Part shown: piece by piece, positions 58,321 to 64,000 of the stretch
How positions within the stretch are numbered: the first letter of the stretch is position 1
Layout of the letters: every line of letters starts with the position of its first letter
Virus record (IMG/VR): IMGVR_UViG_651703017_000001
Coordinates: 63,066-127,065 of that record
Origin: a virus
Taxonomy: Duplodnaviria; Caudoviricetes
Length of the DNA: 64,000 nt
Strand: one strand, 5' to 3'
Position numbers and translations under genes: made by a program
The notes under the pieces: generated by a model
The model's database searches: none
The model's input: the letters and a program-made list of their open reading frames with translations, nothing else
What the model was told of the DNA's origin: nothing

Positions 58321-58881
58321 ATGCGAGAACCAATTGAAAAACTAAATAAAGACTATGTACCACCAAAAGAACACACCTTAGAGTTTAAGGAGACGGACCA
58401 CCCATCTTGTCCGCCTCAAGGAGGTAAGGTCTTCTTCAAGTCTTGGCAACACTTTAAAGAGTCTATTATTAGCCTGCCCTTTGACGACGATTACGCATTT
58501 GTTGTACGATTTGATATTATAGGACCGGACATTGAGGGCAAGGGGCTAGACCTAGTAGTAACAGCCGTAAGTAACTGCATATTAAGTTATGTCATCCCAC
58601 TGGAAGAGGAGGACATGTACGAAGTAGACCTTTGGTTAACTGCTCGATACAAACACATGAACCGTGTGTGGGAGGGCGTAACGCCACCTATGGCTGAGCG
58701 TAAGACCCATAAAGTGAACGGTGTTAGCATGGAGGAAACGCAACCCATTCAAGTGCTAGGGGCTCGAAGTGCATCAGGGTTCGGGACTTATGTGTACGGA
58801 CCGGACAAAGACGGGGATGTCTTAGTTTCTATCAACGGAAAGAATGAGTATATAAACGAGCACCACGTTAGCCCATTATAA
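58321..58881 (+). CDS. Hypothetical protein
   Basis: ATG 58321 after AAGGAGG. Confidence 0.7.
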   Translation: MREPIEKLNKDYVPPKEHTLEFKETDHPSCPPQGGKVFFKSWQHFKESIISLPFDDDYAFVVRFDIIGPDIEGKGLDLVVTAVSNCILSYVIPLEEEDMYEVDLWLTARYKHMNRVWEGVTPPMAERKTHKVNGVSMEETQPIQVLGARSASGFGTYVYGPDKDGDVLVSINGKNEYINEHHVSPL

Positions 58882-58894
58882 AGGAGGAATAGAG

Positions 58895-59686
58895 ATGAGA
58901 CAGGTAAAAGTATTCGCATTAGCTAAAAAAGATGCAGTAGGAACACAAAGAGTACACGCAGGGGACACGGTGAGGTATGTTGTAGAGCGCCCAGCACATC
59001 ATGCAGGAGAAACAGTAGGGTGTGAGATGGTCCTATCTGAAACCACAGTCGTAAAAAGCGCAACAATTAAAGCGGTCTTTGAGGAGACAGCTACCCACTG
59101 GTACGTATCTATTGATGAAGTTTCAGAAGCTCAACTGTGCCGTCCCCGAGTAGACGAACTCACTAAGAGCATAATTCGTCAAGAGGTGAGGAAAGGTATC
59201 AAAGAAGAGAGGGAACGTGTGGAGAAGGAAGCACTCGATGGTATGACGTTAAAAGCGCAGGCACGTGCGTTAGAGGACTGGAAGAAGCACCCACGTAACC
59301 GTTTATTCGCTGTTACTAATAGTGAGCTAGACGAACTTTTAAACGCTCTTGCTATTAAAGGACCAAGTGCCATTAAGACCACCCTTAGCAAGGTCCTCTT
59401 TGAGGCAGGTCGTAAAGGGGACTCATTTAACAAGCATGATTGTGGGTGGCGTGAGGGGGCTGACGTACCTCTGAGTGTCCTAGGGGCGAATACACGCACC
59501 TACACTGTTACCTTGAATGGGGAGGAGGGTCGTCGTAACGCTACAATCCTTATTCACATTAACCCGGACACCTTAACTGGTGTAGTAGAGCTCGAGATTG
59601 GTCCAATGTATCACTTTATTGAGACTCTTGAGTTTCGTAGTGACCCAATTGAAAGACTTAATGAGTGGGGTGGAGAAGATGAATAG
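58895..59686 (+). CDS. Hypothetical protein
   Basis: 263 aa, RBS AAGGAGG. Confidence 0.7.
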   Translation: MRQVKVFALAKKDAVGTQRVHAGDTVRYVVERPAHHAGETVGCEMVLSETTVVKSATIKAVFEETATHWYVSIDEVSEAQLCRPRVDELTKSIIRQEVRKGIKEERERVEKEALDGMTLKAQARALEDWKKHPRNRLFAVTNSELDELLNALAIKGPSAIKTTLSKVLFEAGRKGDSFNKHDCGWREGADVPLSVLGANTRTYTVTLNGEEGRRNATILIHINPDTLTGVVELEIGPMYHFIETLEFRSDPIERLNEWGGEDE

Positions 59687-60020
59687 GACAATAAAAAGAG
59701 CAGTAAAGAGAGTACTACGGAGCGTAAACGAAAAAGTCAACCCAGAGGATTACCACCTACCTCTCCCGGAACCTGTGCCACTAGTACGTACCACTACTCC
59801 TAAACAGGTACAGAAGATATATGCAAGGCAGGTTGTGAGTGCGCCTGCGTACGACAATTACGAGGAGTGGCAAAAAGAGGCAGTCAAGCGTAATGTTGTC
59901 CGAGCTATGCTCCCAGAGATAGAGGAAACTGTCCGGATTAATGTGATTTACAACCCTGAGCACGATGAGCAAGTAGTGAACGCTGTCTTAGAAGTGGTAT
60001 CTCCAATAATAGAAGAATAA
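59679..60020 (+). CDS. Hypothetical protein
   Basis: ATG 59679 after GGGGTGGAG. Confidence 0.65.
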   Translation: MNRTIKRAVKRVLRSVNEKVNPEDYHLPLPEPVPLVRTTTPKQVQKIYARQVVSAPAYDNYEEWQKEAVKRNVVRAMLPEIEETVRINVIYNPEHDEQVVNAVLEVVSPIIEE

Positions 60021-60112
60021 ACAAGGAGGGGAAAACACACCACAAATGAAACACATTGAGACATTATAAAGTACGTAACTAAGAATCTAAAGGGGCTCTT
60101 TTTGTTTTGTTG

Positions 60113-60142
60113 TTGACAGGTCAAATGGGGGTGTGTTACACT
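60113..60142 (+). promoter_or_regulatory. Phage-type sigmaA promoter driving tnpB
   Basis: TGTTGACA-18-TACACT (with TG) then AAG; promoter and leader closely resemble those at 54039. Confidence 0.7.
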
Positions 60143-60178
60143 AAGTTTAGAAAGTTAATTAAAAAGGAGGGAGATAAA

Positions 60179-61318
60179 ATGCTAAGATACAAAGCCTATA
60201 AGTTTAGAATCTATCCAAATGTAGAACAAGAGATACTTATTGCTAAAACAATTGGTTGCTCTCGTTTCATCTATAATCATTTTCTTGGCTTATGGAATGA
60301 AACATATACTCAAACTGGAAAAGGTTTAACATTTAACGCCTGTTGTGCGATGCTTCCTAAGATGAAAAAAGAAGAAGAAACAGAATGGCTAAAAGAAGTG
60401 GATAGCAGGGCTATTCAATCTTCGTTAAAACACTTGGCAGACGCTTATTCTCGTTTCTTTAAGAAACAAAATGCTAGACCTAAATTCAAGAGTAAAAAGA
60501 ACCCAGTTCAAAGTTATACTACTAAACGTACAAAGACTAATATTGCTATTGTTGATAAGAAATTGAAGTTACCTAAATTGGGACTTATTAAGTTTTCACA
60601 AAGTAAAGTTCTTAAAGGACGTATTATCAATGCTACTATTTCACGTAGACCAAGTGGTAAATACTTTGTTTCATTGCTATGTGAAGAAGAAATATATGAA
60701 CTACCTAAAGTAAATTCTTCAATAGGTATTGACTTAGGTATTGCTGATTTTGCTATCCTTTCGGATGGACAAAAAATTAACAATAATAAGTTTACTTCTA
60801 AAATGGAGCAGAAACTCAAACGTGAACAGCGTAAGTTATCAAGACGTGCATTAGTTGCCAAAAAGAATGGTATTCAACTATTTGAAGCCAGTAACTATCA
60901 AAAACAAAAATGTAAAGTCGCAAGACTTCATGAAAAAGTAATGAATCAACGTACTGATTTTCTCAATAAGTTGAGTACAGATATTATCAATAACCACGAT
61001 ATTATTTGTATTGAAAACTTAAATGTTAAAGGTATGTTGAAAAATCACAAATTATCTAAAAGTATTTCTGATGTGTCTTGGTCTGAATTTGTATCTAAAT
61101 TACAATACAAGGCTGATTGGTATGGTAAAGAGATAGTTAAGATTGATAGATGGTTTCCATCAAGTCAAATTTGTTCTGAATGTGGAAATAATGATGGAAA
61201 AAAAGGCTTACACATTCGTGAATGGACTTGTAGTCATTGTAACGCTAATCATGATAGAGATATTAATGCTAGTAAAAACATATTGACCGAAGGTCTAAGA
61301 TTACAAGTGTTAGCTTAG
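60179..61318 (+). CDS. tnpB: TnpB RNA-guided endonuclease (IS200/IS605/IS1341 family)
   Basis: KAYKFRIYP HTH; RuvC GIDLG, IENL, DRDINA all intact; CSEC..CSHC zinc finger; start ATG 60179. Confidence 0.95.
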   Translation: MLRYKAYKFRIYPNVEQEILIAKTIGCSRFIYNHFLGLWNETYTQTGKGLTFNACCAMLPKMKKEEETEWLKEVDSRAIQSSLKHLADAYSRFFKKQNARPKFKSKKNPVQSYTTKRTKTNIAIVDKKLKLPKLGLIKFSQSKVLKGRIINATISRRPSGKYFVSLLCEEEIYELPKVNSSIGIDLGIADFAILSDGQKINNNKFTSKMEQKLKREQRKLSRRALVAKKNGIQLFEASNYQKQKCKVARLHEKVMNQRTDFLNKLSTDIINNHDIICIENLNVKGMLKNHKLSKSISDVSWSEFVSKLQYKADWYGKEIVKIDRWFPSSQICSECGNNDGKKGLHIREWTCSHCNANHDRDINASKNILTEGLRLQVLA

Positions 61319-61448
61319 ATAAAATATAGAACCGCAGGGACTGCGGGGATAGCTTAGTAAATAAGAGAAACCTCTGTGAGTAAAGAAATACGCTTGCAAG
61401 TATGCTCTGTTCCTAAGAATCTCGTGACTTCAGTCATGAGAGGTTCAC
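60191..61448 (+). mobile_element. IS605-family-derived tnpB-only insert with right end (no tnpA, no recognisable left end)
   Basis: More AT-rich than flanks; right-end hairpin CTCGTGACT-TC-AGTCATGAG then AGGTTCAC; left boundary approximate. Confidence 0.8.
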
Positions 61449-61468
61449 AGAAAGAAACCAGAGGTAAT
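61328..61468 (+). ncRNA. Predicted omegaRNA scaffold plus guide (guide from 61449: AGAAAGAAACCAGAGG)
   Basis: CCGCAG-GGA-CTGCGG hairpin, internal stem and right-end hairpin; established TnpB architecture; 5' end uncertain. Confidence 0.7.
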
Positions 61469-61688
61469 TGACGTACTTCACTACGTAGACATTCCGATTG
61501 GAAAAGCAATAGGGTTCTGTAACGGGAAAGCACATATGACCGTTAGCGCTAACCTACTTGTAAGAACACCCGACCGAGTAGCTAGAGTACACGTAGGAGA
61601 TTATATAGTCAGACAGGAAGACGGTGTGTGTGACGTGTACAGCCCCGAGGAGTTCCATAAAATCTATGAAGTATTAAAGGAGGGTTAA
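61449..61688 (+). pseudogene. 3' part of a phage gene interrupted by the tnpB insert
   Basis: Start-less open frame RKKPEVIDVLHY...VGDYIV....DVYSPEEFHKIYEV, matching the common phage YRKKP.VIE..GDYI..F.KTYE family. Confidence 0.75.
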
Positions 61689-61690
61689 CG

Positions 61691-62332
61691 ATGATGTATA
61701 AAGACAAAGAGTACAAAGAGGTATTAGACGGCAGTGCGGAGGTGGGTGACTTAGTACATGTGACTAAACTAGATAACGTGTCTCTCGATTTCTATGCACT
61801 TATCACACGGTTCGATACAGAGGGAGACAAACGTTTAGACTCCTTACTACCAGATAACACCGATTTCCTTATAGACGATGACGATACTGATTTTAAAGTA
61901 TACAGGTACGTAAAAGAGGAGGAGGAGACGCTAACTGAGCATAACGTTAAAGTAGACGAATATTTTGTGATTACGGATAAAAATAACGGTAGTCAGTTCA
62001 AAATTGGCGAGGTTGTTAAAGTTTTAGCGTATTACTCATCTATAGCTTTTACGGCATCAAACACTGATAACACTGAGCATTGGCAAGTTAGATATACAGA
62101 CGTACGACGTGCTACTGAGGAGGAAATCTCAAGTACCACTAAAACAAAGGTAGAAGAGGCTAACACTATCTATACAGACGTGATGACAGAGTTAGAACTT
62201 ATAGCCAATAGTAGGGAAGACCAACAAAAACTTTTAAACGACCGCATCCAAGAGATTAAGGAAGAGCAGGAACAGCTAAGACATAGAAACGACCAGTTAG
62301 ACACCGTAAGACGAGTGTTAGAAGCACTATAG
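61691..62332 (+). CDS. Hypothetical protein with C-terminal coiled coil
   Basis: 213 aa, RBS AAGGAGG. Confidence 0.7.
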   Translation: MMYKDKEYKEVLDGSAEVGDLVHVTKLDNVSLDFYALITRFDTEGDKRLDSLLPDNTDFLIDDDDTDFKVYRYVKEEEETLTEHNVKVDEYFVITDKNNGSQFKIGEVVKVLAYYSSIAFTASNTDNTEHWQVRYTDVRRATEEEISSTTKTKVEEANTIYTDVMTELELIANSREDQQKLLNDRIQEIKEEQEQLRHRNDQLDTVRRVLEAL

Positions 62333-62360
62333 CACTAAACAATACAAAGGAGGAATAATA

Positions 62361-62663
62361 ATGGGATATGTAAAAGAAGCAGATATGGAAGAAGTTTGGG
62401 TAGTGGTAGCAGACACGTACAAGGGAGCAAGCATCCTAGACGAACAAATAAAGGGTACTAAGGAAGACGCACAGGAGTTTGTAAAGGCTAAAGGTAACAT
62501 AACTTTCCTAGAGGAACGTTCTACTCCTCTCCGAGAAGTCTATGAGCAAAAAGTAGAGGGCAGTACAAGAGAGTTCTATGTTGTGCCCATCTACCGTCAC
62601 CGAAGTTATAATAGTGAGGAGTCCCAACAAAGACGAAGTGGTCTGATTAAAGATACTCAGTAG
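62361..62663 (+). CDS. Hypothetical protein
   Basis: RBS AAGGAGG. Confidence 0.7.
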   Translation: MGYVKEADMEEVWVVVADTYKGASILDEQIKGTKEDAQEFVKAKGNITFLEERSTPLREVYEQKVEGSTREFYVVPIYRHRSYNSEESQQRRSGLIKDTQ

Positions 62664-62806
62664 TATACAAAGAAGAAGAAGCACAACAACACATCAAGAA
62701 GATTTAAAAAAGATACTAGTTAATATAGAAAAGATACCTAAACATAGAATAAAGAATTTAAAGCCTATATTAAAAAACAATCATCAGTATAAGAGGAGTT
62801 AATCCT

Positions 62807-63082
62807 ATGGTATTAAATATAGATAGTAGTATAGAAGATATTAAGAATTGGGTAACAGAAGAAGATATACTAAAGGTAATAAGTGCAATGGAATATATCA
62901 CAAAAGAAGACCTAACAAAAGAAGACCTAACAAAAGAAGACCTAACAAAAGAAGACCTAACAAAAGAAGACCTAACAAAAGAAGACCTAACAAAAGAAGA
63001 CCTAACAAAAGAAGACATAGATAGTATAAGAGAAACAGATAATAGTATAAACAAAACACTCAGTGATAGTAGTAGTAATTAA
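62807..63082 (+). CDS. Acidic protein with (TKEDL)n repeat
   Basis: RBS GAGGAG 8 nt before ATG; repeat is in frame. Confidence 0.55.
   Translation: MVLNIDSSIEDIKNWVTEEDILKVISAMEYITKEDLTKEDLTKEDLTKEDLTKEDLTKEDLTKEDLTKEDIDSIRETDNSINKTLSDSSSN
62900..63019 (+). repeat. 15-bp tandem repeat ACAAAAGAAGACCTA x8
   Basis: Seven perfect copies plus one with a single mismatch. Confidence 0.97.
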
Positions 63083-63099
63083 AGTATACAGAACATATA

Positions 63100-64000
63100 A
63101 GGTACACTAACAGAAGGTAATTAGCATAGTATCAGAAGTCGTAGTATACAGTATCAGAAGGCATAGCTGATTGATGAGGGTAAGGAGTAAGGGTAAACAA
63201 GTAGGTAGGTAAATAAGTAAACAAACAAGTAGACAAGTAAACAAACAAGTAAGTAAGCGAACGAGTAAATAAGTAAGTACACAGGTAAGTAAACAAGTAA
63301 ATGAACAGGTAAGTAAACGAATAAGCAAGTAAGTAAACGAACAGACAAGCAAGTAGGTAAGCAAACAAACCAACAAGTAAACAAGTAAGTAAACGAATAG
63401 GTAAGTAAGTAAACAGGTAAATAACTAAGTAAGTAAACAGACAGGTAAGTAACTAAGTAAATAAGTAAGTAAACGAACAAACAGACAGGTAAGTAAACAA
63501 ACGAACAGTATAGATAGTATACAGTATTAGAAGGTGTAGCTGATTGGTAAATAAGTAAGTAAGTAAGTAAGTAAACGAACAAACGAACGAACAGTATAGA
63601 CAGGTAAATAAGCGAACGACTAAGCAAGTAAACTAATAGGTAAGTAAATAAGTAAGTACATAAACGAATAAGTAAGTACACAGGTAAGTAACTAAGTAAA
63701 TAAGTAAGTACATAAACGAATAAGTAAGTACACAGGTAAGTAACTAATTAAACAAGTAAACGAACGAATAGACAGGTAAGTAAGTAAACTAATAGGTAAG
63801 TAAATAAGTATACAAACGAATAAGTAAGTAAGTAAGTAAGTAAACAAGTAAGTAAACAAACAAGTAAGTAAACAAACAAACAGACAAGTAAGTAAACGAA
63901 CAAACGAATAGTATAGAGAATGTATAAAGGGGTAGAGTAAATAGGAGGTACATTATCAGAAGGTATACTAACAGAAGGTATAGTATACAGTATCAGAAGG
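63100..64000. repeat. Non-coding strand-asymmetric low-complexity tract of 4-nt units, punctuated by a 20-bp motif; continues past the window end
   Basis: AAGT/AAAC/GAAC/AGGT/AAAT units; TAGTATACAGTAT(C/T)AGAAGG at 63142, 63515 and 63981; perfect 52-bp duplication 63641-63744. Confidence 0.9.

Noticed and set aside
60046-60069. Mini-ORF MKHIETL with an SD upstream of the tnpB promoter
   Set aside because: Only 7 codons; probably a gene remnant, with no evidence of function or of being the 5' half of the interrupted gene
60179-61448. Nuclease-dead TldR regulator, Cas12f or IStron
   Set aside because: RuvC D-E-D residues are intact; no CRISPR array; no group I intron core upstream of tnpB
62770-63054. 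Minus-strand (SSFVR)n ORF
   Set aside because: Antisense of the 15-bp repeat; the + frame has the RBS
63107-63681. Minus-strand ORFs rich in L/F/T/Y/V/C
   Set aside because: By-products of the low-complexity tract; open in several frames with no RBS
63100-64000. CRISPR array interpretation of the recurring 20-bp motif
   Set aside because: Intervals are 373 and 466 bp and are themselves repetitive; no unique spacers and no cas genes
1-64000. tRNA or rRNA genes; remaining short overlapping or antisense ORFs in the track
   Set aside because: No cloverleaf or rRNA signature seen by eye in intergenic gaps; nested ORFs lack an RBS and overlap well-supported genes

Overview
A 64-kb internal segment of a large lytic SPO1/Twort-like myovirus (Herelleviridae-type gene order, sigmaA-type promoters, so probably a Bacillota host; the exact phage cannot be named from sequence alone). 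Almost all genes are on the + strand. Gene order: end of the baseplate/receptor-binding module; replication and recombination core (SF2 helicase, Rep-like protein, DnaB, SbcD/SbcC, primase, resolvase); class Ib RNR (nrdI-nrdE-rnh-nrdF-trx); HU-like protein and family A DNA polymerase; an anti-defence insert (NARP1-type NAD+ rebuilding pair and a kinase-phosphatase-ligase RNA-repair fusion); SSB-like protein, RecA, sigma factor, holin and Ig-domain virion protein; then accessory early genes ending in a low-complexity repeat tract. Features not explained by the ORF track: five ORF-less group I introns (three in nrdE, one in nrdF, one in polA) mapped to the nucleotide; a 385-aa LAGLIDADG intein at the nrdE catalytic Cys; a C CCA AAG -1 frameshift that adds Ig domains; an intact TnpB plus omegaRNA with no tnpA or left end, sitting behind a phage promoter inside a split phage gene; a 43-aa BrfA/ArfA-like gene next to an antitoxin-less MazF; a two-gene inverted membrane cassette; and a structured intergenic RNA. 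All family assignments come from motif recognition and synteny, not database searches.
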